The position numbers and the translations under genes are program-made. Positions 1 to 7,777 of a DNA stretch of 14,072 nt are shown here, one piece after another. Source of the DNA: Myxococcota bacterium (GTDB lineage: Bacteria > Myxococcota_A > UBA796 > CAJQPC01); NCBI GenBank assembly GCA_036012755.1, contig DASCPX010000001.1:1-14072 (forward strand), in the 5' to 3' direction. The notes under the pieces are model-generated. The model did not search any database, was not told the DNA's origin, and saw nothing but the letters and a program-made list of their open reading frames with translations. How positions within the stretch are numbered: position 1 is the stretch's first letter; every line of letters begins with the position of its first letter.

Positions 1-184
1 CCATGTTTCTCCGAGACCGACTTGCCGCCTCAACTCCGCCTGGCTGAAACACCATGTTTCTCCGAGACCGACTTGCCACCTCAACTCCGCCTGGCTGAAA
101 CACCATGTTTCTCCGAGACCGACTTGCCGCCTCAACTCCGCCTGGCTGAAACACCATGTTTCTCCGCGACCGACTTGCCGCCTC
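1..184. repeat. 51-bp direct tandem repeat, about 3.6 copies, truncated by the window start
   Basis: Unit CCATGTTTCTCCGAGACCGACTTGCCGCCTCAACTCCGCCTGGCTGAAACA at 1-51, 52-102 and 103-153, with a partial copy at 154-184. There is one substitution in copy 2 and one in copy 4, and no spacers. The junctions form the inverted repeat GAAACA-CCA-TGTTTC. Confidence 0.97.
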
Positions 185-294
185 GCCAGGCAGGCCACCA
201 ACCTCCAGCAAGCACCAGCCGCTGATGCCCTCGGAAAACCCGCTCAGCGGACCCGAGTGAAGACCCCGCCGAGCGACTCGTGCTCGAGTTCGAC

Positions 295-915
295 TCAGCC
301 CCGCGGGGTGCGCGCGATGTGGGCCCGGGCCTGGATCGACAGCCAGGCGTCGACCGCCGTGCGCTCCTGGGGATCCAGGCGCGCAATGCGGCGCTTGATG
401 CGCTGGACTCGCTGGGTGACCGCGGCCCGGCTCACGCCGTGGCGGCGGCTGTACTCGACCTTGCTCTCGGCTTCGAGCAGCGCCAGGATGAAGCCCTGGT
501 CGATCTCGGAGAGCGCCACGCCGGGGATGACCTCGACCAGATCCTCGGGGTGGCGGACCGTGCCGAACCAGCCCAGGGCGGCCTCGGCGCCCTCTCCCTT
601 GAGGACGTCGCGCTCGCGGATCGCCCGCTGAGCCAGGCGCCAGACGCAGCGGTCGGTGATCGTGCGAACGAAGGCGAAGAGCTCGTTGATGGTCTCGCCT
701 CGGAAGCTGGCCAGCGCGCCGGTGATGAGGCGCTTGAGCACCTCTGCCACGGCCTCCTCGACCTGCGCTTCGCTGAGCAGATCGCGGTAGCAGCTGCGCC
801 ACACCAGGCGCGCGCGCCGGTCGATGTAGCCGAGCAGCCTCTCGTAGAAGGCCCGGGTCTCGGGCGTGTGCCGGTCTGCCAGCAGCAGGCGCAGTGAACG
901 TCGGAAGTCCGTCAT
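295..915 (-). CDS. Divergent ECF-type (sigma-70 family) RNA polymerase sigma factor, 206 aa
   Basis: Region-2-like segment 'SEAQVEEAVAEVLKRL...SFRGE...LFAFVRTITDRCVW'. Region-4 HTH-like segment 'LSEIDQ...SKVEYSRRHGVSRAAVTQRVQRIKRRI'. Size is typical of ECFs. The ATG follows the upstream peptide's stop after a 3-nt gap. Confidence 0.72.
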   Translation of the reverse strand: MTDFRRSLRLLLADRHTPETRAFYERLLGYIDRRARLVWRSCYRDLLSEAQVEEAVAEVLKRLITGALASFRGETINELFAFVRTITDRCVWRLAQRAIRERDVLKGEGAEAALGWFGTVRHPEDLVEVIPGVALSEIDQGFILALLEAESKVEYSRRHGVSRAAVTQRVQRIKRRIARLDPQERTAVDAWLSIQARAHIARTPRG

Positions 916-918
916 CCC

Positions 919-1068
919 CTAGATCCCGTTGCTGAAGCCGTCTCCGGCTGTCGGGGTCCAGATGTTCGTCGCGGGAGGCGGTGGGGGGGCGACCGACTGG
1001 TCAGCAGCCGGCAGCTGGACCGAGAGCGAGGTGATCAACCAGACATAGAAGGCGAGGATCGTGCTCAT
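919..1068 (-). CDS. 49-aa small protein, probably exported or membrane-anchored: MSTILAFYVWLITSLSVQLPAADQSVAPPPPPATNIWTPTAGDGFSNGI
   Basis: The ATG at 1068 overlaps the TPR gene stop (ATGA), with GGAG 9 nt upstream. It fills the gap between the TPR and sigma genes almost exactly. It has an N-terminal hydrophobic stretch, a Pro-rich linker and a short polar tail. It is the 3' end of track ORF 919..1698. Confidence 0.8.
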   Translation of the reverse strand: MSTILAFYVWLITSLSVQLPAADQSVAPPPPPATNIWTPTAGDGFSNGI

Positions 1069-1673
1069 TTTTCGGTCTCCGTGCGAAGAAGCGCCAGGTC
1101 GGCGTCGCTGGCGATCGCCGAGTCCAGCTCGGCGACCATGGATGCGGGGTAGCTCCGACGGATCTGGACGAGCAGCGCGGCGGCCTCGTCGATCTCGCGG
1201 AGGCGGATCAGGGTGCAGAGGATGTTCTGCAGGTTCTCTCCGGAGCGCTCGCGCTCGAGGGCTCGGGAGCAGTAGTCCAGGGCCTGCTCGTAGCGGCCCA
1301 TGGCGAAGGCGAGCCAGGCGCGGTGGCGCTCGACGCTGGCGAGGTCGGCGTTGAGGTCGGGACCGTCGTCCTGCCAGGCGGCGACCTCCTGCTCGGCGGT
1401 CATGCGAGCGGCCTCGGCGTAGTTCTTCACCTTCGGGTGGGCGGCGACGATGTGCAGCGCAGAGAACATCGTGACCCTTCGGATGCGGCCCTCGGCCTGA
1501 AGTCGCCTGACGAGGGCACGAAGCTCCTCTGGCTCCCAGTCGGGCTGGCGGAGGGCGTCCCGGAACACGGCCAGCGCTTCTGCCTCGTGGCCCGAGATCC
1601 GATGGACCGGAGTCTGGTAGGACTCCTCGTCGACGGTCTCGAAGATCCGATCGAGGATTGCGCGGTAGGACAT
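1065..1673 (-). CDS. Tetratricopeptide-repeat (TPR) protein, 202 aa
   Basis: TPR-like 'RHRAWLAFAMGRYEQALDYCSRALERERSGENLQNILCTLIRLREIDEAAALL'. The C-terminal 'DADLALLR' resembles the DPDL..LR cap seen after TPR arrays. GGGAG lies just before the ATG. No signal peptide is visible. Confidence 0.82.
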   Translation of the reverse strand: MSYRAILDRIFETVDEESYQTPVHRISGHEAEALAVFRDALRQPDWEPEELRALVRRLQAEGRIRRVTMFSALHIVAAHPKVKNYAEAARMTAEQEVAAWQDDGPDLNADLASVERHRAWLAFAMGRYEQALDYCSRALERERSGENLQNILCTLIRLREIDEAAALLVQIRRSYPASMVAELDSAIASDADLALLRTETEK

Positions 1674-1881
1674 CGTTCTCCCAGTGGTGGACAGCCACCG
1701 TGTGAGCGGTGGGGCCCAGCCGCCTGAAGGTTAACGATCAAACTGCAGAGTCGCTGTCAATGGGGGATTCCTGACGGGGATCTGGCACGGGACGTGCGTC
1801 GGGCGCCTTTGGCGGCCCTGAATGTGCCCTGTAAGAAGCGGCCACGGCACCCGTTCCCACCGCCACGCTTCGAGGTCCCCC

Positions 1882-2781
1882 TTGGTCGCTCATCTCGACA
1901 AGATCGCCAACTCCGCCTGGTTCACCAACTTCGTCACGGTGGTCATCCTGGCCGCTGGCCTCGTCGTCGGTCTCGAGACCTATCCGGCCATCTCGGAGGC
2001 CTACCACACGCCCCTGCACTGGGCGAACTGGACCATCCTCGGCATCTTCATCGTCGAGATCATCGTGAAGATGGGGGCCCACGGACGGCACTGGTACCGC
2101 TACTTCAAGGACCCGTGGAACATCTTCGACTTCGCCATCGTCGTGGCCTGCCTGATGCCCTTCGGCAGCGGCTTCGTCGCCGTGCTGCGCCTGCTCCGGG
2201 TGCTGCGTGTGCTGAAACTGGTGACGGCGCTGCCGAAGCTGCAGATCCTCGTAGGCGCGCTGTTGAAGTCGATCCCCTCGATGCTCTACGTGAGCGTGCT
2301 GCTCGGCCTGTTGTTCTACCTCTACGCGGTCACGGCGACCTTCTTCTTCAGCGAGAACGACCCCATCCACTTCGAGACGCTGCAGCTGTCGATGCTCTCG
2401 CTGTTCCGAACGGTCACGCTCGAGGACTGGACCGACCTGATGTACATCAACATGTACGGCTGCGACAACTACGGCTACGGCGGCAACGAGGCCCTCTGCA
2501 CCCAGCCCAACGCCATGCCGATCTTCTCGGCGGGCTTCTTCGTCAGCTTCGTGCTCTCCGGAACGATGATCATCTTGAACCTGTTCATCGGCGTCATCAT
2601 GAACGGCATGGAGGAGGCCCAGGCAGAGGCAGCGGAGATGGCAAAGGCCAGCCGCAAGGGCCGGGAGTCCCTCGCCGAGGAGCTCGCTGCGGTCAGCGGT
2701 CAGCTGGCGGAGATGCAGAAGGTCCTGGCTGCGATCGAGATCCGCGCGAGGAACGAGGCAGGGGCCCGCGCGGCAAAGTAG
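1882..2781 (+). CDS. Prokaryotic voltage-gated ion channel (BacNav/NaChBac family, Ion_trans)
   Basis: Six hydrophobic segments; 'YFKDPWNIFDF' before S3; S4 'LRLLRVLRVLKLV'; filter 'TVTLEDWTD' (TLEDWTD at 2416-2436); S6 'ILNLFIGVIMNGM'; C-terminal coiled-coil-like tail. The start is placed at TTG 1882 after GAGG (1872-1875), whereas the track ORF begins at 1822. Confidence 0.93.
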   Translation: MVAHLDKIANSAWFTNFVTVVILAAGLVVGLETYPAISEAYHTPLHWANWTILGIFIVEIIVKMGAHGRHWYRYFKDPWNIFDFAIVVACLMPFGSGFVAVLRLLRVLRVLKLVTALPKLQILVGALLKSIPSMLYVSVLLGLLFYLYAVTATFFFSENDPIHFETLQLSMLSLFRTVTLEDWTDLMYINMYGCDNYGYGGNEALCTQPNAMPIFSAGFFVSFVLSGTMIILNLFIGVIMNGMEEAQAEAAEMAKASRKGRESLAEELAAVSGQLAEMQKVLAAIEIRARNEAGARAAK

Positions 2782-2896
2782 GACTCAGATGCGGCGGACC
2801 AGCTCCGTGTAGAGGTCCTGCCACAGGGGGTAGATCTCGTCCATCTGGGGCCCTAACCTCGGAACCGACTGCGCCACGCGGAGGTCAAGCTGACCC

Positions 2897-3595
2897 ATGC
2901 TGTTGTTGTTGAAGCTGGCGAGCGCCGAGACCATCGAAGAGGCCTTCCCCCCACCGAGCGGCGAGCGCGTCGCGACCGAGGGCTACGGCGCCTCGCTCAA
3001 GACCCTGGAGCTGCGGGCGGCGGAGGTGCCCGTGCGCACCCACGACGGGCGCGAGGTGAACCACCAGGCTCGGGTGGTGGAGCTGCCGCTGGTCCCAGGT
3101 GACCTCCAGCAGTGCGCGGACTCGCTCATCCGCCTGCGGGCCACCTGGGAGCTGGAGCAAGAGCAGGAGGTGGTCTTCCACGCCACCAGCGGCGATGCGT
3201 TGCCGTGGGCGAGGTATCGGGACGGCGAGACGCCCTATGTCGTGGATGACCGCATCGCTTGGAAGACAGGAGGGACAGGACAGTTCGAGGACTACCTGGC
3301 GAAGGTCTTCATGTGGGCCGGGACGCACTCGCTGGAGCACCTGGACACGGTGCCGACGACCGAGGTGGTTCCTGGCTCCATGCTGATCCAGGGTGGCTTC
3401 CCGGGACACGCGGTGGTGCTCCTGGACGTCGCGGTGTCGGGGGACAAGACCTACGTGCTGGTCGGCGAGGGCTACATGCCGGCCCAGGACTTCCACGTGG
3501 AGCTGGGACCCCACTCGGGCTGGTGGCTCTGGGAGGAGGGCCTGCCGAGCTACCACTGGCCGATGAAAGCAGCCAACCTGCGAGCGTTCGACTGA
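2897..3595 (+). CDS. DUF4846-like exported protein
   Basis: Motifs 'DLQQCADSLIRLRA', 'PGHAVVLLDVA' and 'GYMPAQDFHV' match my recollection of DUF4846. Short hydrophobic N-terminus ending in ASA. Confidence 0.78.
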   Translation: MLLLLKLASAETIEEAFPPPSGERVATEGYGASLKTLELRAAEVPVRTHDGREVNHQARVVELPLVPGDLQQCADSLIRLRATWELEQEQEVVFHATSGDALPWARYRDGETPYVVDDRIAWKTGGTGQFEDYLAKVFMWAGTHSLEHLDTVPTTEVVPGSMLIQGGFPGHAVVLLDVAVSGDKTYVLVGEGYMPAQDFHVELGPHSGWWLWEEGLPSYHWPMKAANLRAFD

Positions 3596-3616
3596 GGGAC
3601 GAGTTCTAATGGCACC

Positions 3617-4546
3617 ATGGTCCGCTCGCTGCCTTTGCTCCTGCTCATGACCCTCTCTTGCGGAGGCGCGGTCGATCCCCCCAGGAGCGGGACGCTCCAC
3701 GAGGACCAGACCTACGAGCACGGCGGGACCACCCGGACCTACCACTTCTACGAGACCGCCGGTGACGGCGCTCGACCCCTGGTCTTGCTGCTGCATGGCG
3801 GCGGGGGCGTGATCGACAACCACATCGGCCTCGGCGGCGTGAGCTGGCCTCACCAGGTCTGGCTGGACATCGCGGACGAGGAAGGGCTCCACGTGCTCGT
3901 CCCCCAGGGCATCAGCCGCCACTGGAACGACTGCCGGGCGGAGTGCACCCGCTGCGGAGACGAGGACGACGTCGGCTTCCTCGTCGGGCTCCTCGACGAC
4001 GTGGCGACGCAGTACCCGGTCGACCTCGAGCGCGTCTACGTCGTCGGCGAGTCCAACGGTGGCTTCATGACCCAGCGCCTCGCCCAGGAGGTCCCGGAGC
4101 GCTTCGCGGCCATGGGCGTCGTCATCGCGCTCCAGCCCGCCGAGTCCGACTGCACCGCGCTCGATGTCCCCATGCCCCTGATGTACCAGGTGGGCACCGC
4201 TGATGCCGCGATCCTCTACGAGGGCGGCGCCAGCGACTCGAACACCAGCGTGCTGTCGGCGGCCGAGACGGTCGCCTACTGGCGAGACCTCAACGGCTGC
4301 GAGGCGACCCCGACGACCACCTCCTTGGACGATCTCGACCCCGATGACAGCTCGACTGTCAGCCGGGACGACTACTCCTGCGACCAGGGCGCGCTGTCCG
4401 TCCTCACGATGGACGGCGCGGGCCACGTCCCGCCGAGCATCGAGGTCGAGGTCTCGGCGTTCTGGGAGGGCATCGCCGGCATCCAGAACCACGACATCGA
4501 GGGGGCCAGGGTGTTCTGGACGTTCTTCTCGGGTCGGTCACGATGA
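3617..4546 (+). CDS. Alpha/beta-hydrolase lipoprotein, LpqC / PHB-depolymerase-family esterase
   Basis: Lipobox 'TLSC'; 'PLVLLLHGGGG'; 'DDVGF...VDLERVYVVGESNGGFM' (GxSxG nucleophile); 'GTAD' and 'GAGH' as candidate triad Asp and His. Confidence 0.9.
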   Translation: MVRSLPLLLLMTLSCGGAVDPPRSGTLHEDQTYEHGGTTRTYHFYETAGDGARPLVLLLHGGGGVIDNHIGLGGVSWPHQVWLDIADEEGLHVLVPQGISRHWNDCRAECTRCGDEDDVGFLVGLLDDVATQYPVDLERVYVVGESNGGFMTQRLAQEVPERFAAMGVVIALQPAESDCTALDVPMPLMYQVGTADAAILYEGGASDSNTSVLSAAETVAYWRDLNGCEATPTTTSLDDLDPDDSSTVSRDDYSCDQGALSVLTMDGAGHVPPSIEVEVSAFWEGIAGIQNHDIEGARVFWTFFSGRSR

Positions 4547-4640
4547 CCATCTGACCGCCCGATTCGGCCACTCTGGCCTTTCCCCGCAGGTCATGATGGG
4601 GTAGACAGCCCCCAGGGCACCGTGCATCCTGGCGAGCCGT

Positions 4641-6653
4641 ATGCTTGCGCTCCTCCTCGTGACCGCCTGCTCGAAAGAGCAGAACTTCTACACGACCTCC
4701 CCTGATCCGGTCGGCGGCTCGGACTCTGCTACCCCCGACGGCACCGACGCAGACGGCGACGGCTACGACGAGGACATCGACTGCGACGACAGCGACGCGG
4801 ACGTCCACCCCGACGCGACAGAGGTCTGCAACGGCATCGACGACGACTGTGACGAGCTCGTCGACGACGACGACGACAGCGTCGACCTGGCCACGACGAC
4901 CTACTGGTACGAGGACTTCGACCTCGACGGCTACGGCGATCCGGACACCATCGCCGAGTCCTGCAGCGCCCCCAGCGTGGACCACATCCTCGTCGGCGGC
5001 GACTGCGACGACAGCGACGGGATGATCAACCCCGACGCGACAGAGGTCTGCAACGAGGTGGACGACGACTGCGACCTGCTCATCGACGACGACGACGATG
5101 ACGTCGATCCGGCGACCCAGATCCCATGGTTCGCCGACCTCGACGGCGACGGCTACGGCGACCCCAACGACTTCGAGTTCGCCTGCGTCCAGATCGATGG
5201 CCGCGTCGAAGACGACAACGACTGCGACGACGGCTCCAAGGGCGTGAACCCGGGGCAGAGAGAGGAGTGCAACGACCTCGACGACGACTGCGACGGGTAC
5301 ATCGACGACGACGACGCCAGCTTGGACCTCGAGACCGCCAACTGGTACTGGGAAGACGCCGACGGCGACGGCTACGGCAACGAGGACAAATCCCAGCAGG
5401 CCTGCGACAAGCCCGACGGGTGGAAGTCCAACAAGAAGGACTGCGACGACACGGACGCGGACATCAACCCGGACGCCGCCGAGATCTGCGACGGCGAGGA
5501 CAACGACTGCGACTCGGCCACGCCGGAAGACGGCACGGCCAGCGTCGGCAGCGCCTCCTACGGCACCATCCAGGCAGCCGTGGACGCTGCCTCTTCGGGA
5601 GACACCGTCACCATCTGCGACGGCACCTTCTACGAGAACATCGACACCAGCGTGTCGCTGACCCTGGAGTCCCTCAACGGCTCCGGCAGCGTGACCCTCG
5701 ACGGACGCAGCAAGGGCGCGGTCGTCACCGCCGGCGCTCAGTTGACCGTCAGCGGCTTCACGATCCAGAACGGCAGCGGCCCGCTAGGCGGCGGCATCGA
5801 CGGCTGGACCAACGACGCGGGCACCCTGACCATCGAAGACTGCACGTTCACCGACAACAGCGCCACCTACGGGGGCGGCGTGCTCGGTCCACCCAGCTAC
5901 GATCTCGACGTCAGCGACAGCGAGTTCAAGAACGGGGACGTCACGAACTCCGGAGGCGGCGTCTACATCACCTCCGGCAGCCTCTCGAACGTCACCGTCC
6001 ACGACAACGAGGCGGACTACGGCGGCGGTGTCTTCGTCGACTACGGCGGCAGCGCGACCTTCGACTCCTCCACCGACATCTACGACAACGACGCTACCTA
6101 CGGCGGCGGCGTCTTCCTCTACGGCGCCACCCTCGACGGCGACGACGCGACGATCCGCGACAACGACGCTGACGACGGCGGCGGCGTGTTCATGACGGAC
6201 TCGAACAACTCCCTGTCCAACGCGACGGTCTCCGGGAACACAGCCGACTACGGCGCGGGCCTCTTGTCCGAGAACTACAGCGGCCAGTTCGTCGACACCG
6301 TGGACTTCAGCAGCAACGTCGGCAGCTACGGCGGCGCGGTGTACGTCTACGGCGGCTCGATGGAGATCGAAAACAGCACGCTCGACGCGAACACGGCCAG
6401 CTATGGCGGCGGCATCCTGCTCATCCTCGACGGCACCCTGACGGTGGACGCCTGCACCCTGACGAACAACGGCGCGACCGGGGGCGGAGACGGCGGCGGA
6501 CTGCTGATCTACAAGGGCGACCTGTGGTCCTACTCCACCGACTGGGGCAGCGGGACCAGCGACAACACCCCAGAGGACATCTACTCCTGGGTGACCGACA
6601 GCGCGAGCAGCGGCACGAGCACCGCCTTTTCCTGCGACGAGAGCGGATGCTGA
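4641..6653 (+). CDS. Surface lipoprotein with four MopE-related (putative metal-binding) repeats and a C-terminal right-handed beta-helix domain, 670 aa
   Basis: Lipobox-like 'VTAC'. Four repeats of D.DGDGY...DCDD....NP...E.C...D.DCD. These are followed by 'YGTIQAAVDAASSGDTVTICDGTFYENI' and repeated 'N.A.YGGG' beta-helix motifs. Confidence 0.88.
   Translation: MLALLLVTACSKEQNFYTTSPDPVGGSDSATPDGTDADGDGYDEDIDCDDSDADVHPDATEVCNGIDDDCDELVDDDDDSVDLATTTYWYEDFDLDGYGDPDTIAESCSAPSVDHILVGGDCDDSDGMINPDATEVCNEVDDDCDLLIDDDDDDVDPATQIPWFADLDGDGYGDPNDFEFACVQIDGRVEDDNDCDDGSKGVNPGQREECNDLDDDCDGYIDDDDASLDLETANWYWEDADGDGYGNEDKSQQACDKPDGWKSNKKDCDDTDADINPDAAEICDGEDNDCDSATPEDGTASVGSASYGTIQAAVDAASSGDTVTICDGTFYENIDTSVSLTLESLNGSGSVTLDGRSKGAVVTAGAQLTVSGFTIQNGSGPLGGGIDGWTNDAGTLTIEDCTFTDNSATYGGGVLGPPSYDLDVSDSEFKNGDVTNSGGGVYITSGSLSNVTVHDNEADYGGGVFVDYGGSATFDSSTDIYDNDATYGGGVFLYGATLDGDDATIRDNDADDGGGVFMTDSNNSLSNATVSGNTADYGAGLLSENYSGQFVDTVDFSSNVGSYGGAVYVYGGSMEIENSTLDANTASYGGGILLILDGTLTVDACTLTNNGATGGGDGGGLLIYKGDLWSYSTDWGSGTSDNTPEDIYSWVTDSASSGTSTAFSCDESGC
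4746..5513 (+). repeat. Four intragenic Asp/Cys-rich MopE-like coding repeats (boundaries approximate)
   Basis: Recurring DCDD / NPDATEVCN / DDDCD blocks. The DNA 'cccgacgcgacagaggtctgcaacg' occurs twice, near 4809 and 5032. Confidence 0.85.
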
Positions 6654-6757
6654 CATCCGTGTCATGATCCGGGGACGCGGGGATCACGACAGCGCGGCCC
6701 CATGGGGATCCACAGCGATGGCACGGCTCCTGCACAGCGCCACCGCAGGAGAACCCC

Positions 6758-7777
6758 ATGCTCATCTTCGGACTCATCGCTTGCGGCGGCCCGGTCGCGT
6801 TCCAGGACGACATCGACGACCGCTTGGACATCTTCGGGCCCCGGAACGACGATCTGTCCACGCCATACGTCGAGACCGCCGCCTTCGAGATGAGCATCGT
6901 GCCTCGGCGGGACAAGGACATCACGGGCTGGACGCTGTCCTCCTCCGATCCCACCGTGCTCGAGCTCGGTGAGCTCGAAGCGGACGACTCCGGTCTCTCC
7001 GCCCAGGCGCACGCGCTCTCCACGGGGGAGGTCGAGCTCCAGGCCTTCGACGAGACCGGCAAGCTCCGCGCAACCGAGCTCGTCGAGGTCCGCAGACCCA
7101 CCCGACTCGAGGTCGAGCACGTCGCCCCGCTGCTGCTCGGAGACCCCGACGTCCTCGGCGAGGAGGTCCCGCAGCTGCTCGTCGGCGGCAGCGCCACGAT
7201 GCTGGTCGAGTACTTCGACGAGGACGGCCAGCTGCACGGCCAGGCCGAGGGACTCACCCTCGACGCCCACCCGATGCTGAACCCGACGACGCTGCAGCGG
7301 GACTACGAGGAGAACGTCGACTTCATCCAGATCAGCCCGGAGCTCGCCGGCGACTTCAGCTTCACCGTGAGCATGGGCGACGTGGAGAGGGAGATCGAGG
7401 TCGTCGGCGTGACCATCGACGCGCTGGACCACCTCGCCATCGCGCGCACCGACGAGGAAGAGGACGGCGGCAACCAGGTGGTAGTGGTCCTTGGCGAGGA
7501 CAGCACCGATCGGCCAATCCTCGGGGTCGAGCCCGGCTGGAGGATCAACGGCCAGCTGCGAGAGGAGACAGGAGACGTCTGGGTCTACCAGCTCGAAAAG
7601 GGGGTAGAGAGCCAGGCCATCGCCTCCTTCGACAGACACCAGGTCGGCTTCGACTTCCAGAGCAGCGACGGCGCCGTCCACAGCACGAACACCCCGGGCT
7701 GCAGCGCCACCGGCCTGGGGGCCTCGGCCCTGCTGGCCATGGCCGGCCTCGTCGTCATTCGAAGGCGCTCCACATGA
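6758..7777 (+). CDS. MYXO-CTERM-sorted surface protein (paralog 1), probably Ig-like beta-sandwich domains
   Basis: AGGAG RBS; N-terminus 'MLIFGLIAC'; C-terminus 'PGCSATGLGASALLAMAGLVVIRRRST' (GC motif, TM helix, Arg cluster); 'WTLSSSDPTVL' is Big_2-like. Confidence 0.82.
   Translation: MLIFGLIACGGPVAFQDDIDDRLDIFGPRNDDLSTPYVETAAFEMSIVPRRDKDITGWTLSSSDPTVLELGELEADDSGLSAQAHALSTGEVELQAFDETGKLRATELVEVRRPTRLEVEHVAPLLLGDPDVLGEEVPQLLVGGSATMLVEYFDEDGQLHGQAEGLTLDAHPMLNPTTLQRDYEENVDFIQISPELAGDFSFTVSMGDVEREIEVVGVTIDALDHLAIARTDEEEDGGNQVVVVLGEDSTDRPILGVEPGWRINGQLREETGDVWVYQLEKGVESQAIASFDRHQVGFDFQSSDGAVHSTNTPGCSATGLGASALLAMAGLVVIRRRST

Noticed and set aside
1..184. CRISPR array
   Set aside because: The units are contiguous and nearly identical with no unique spacers, and no cas genes are in view.
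230..257. Intrinsic terminator after the sigma gene (CCGC-TGA-GCGG followed by GTTTT on the minus strand)
   Set aside because: The stem is short and the U-tract is only four bases, too weak to call.
919..1698. 259-aa ORF as a whole
   Set aside because: The first 210 codons are Arg/Pro-rich off-frame overlap of the TPR gene. Only the last 49 codons, from ATG 1068, look real.
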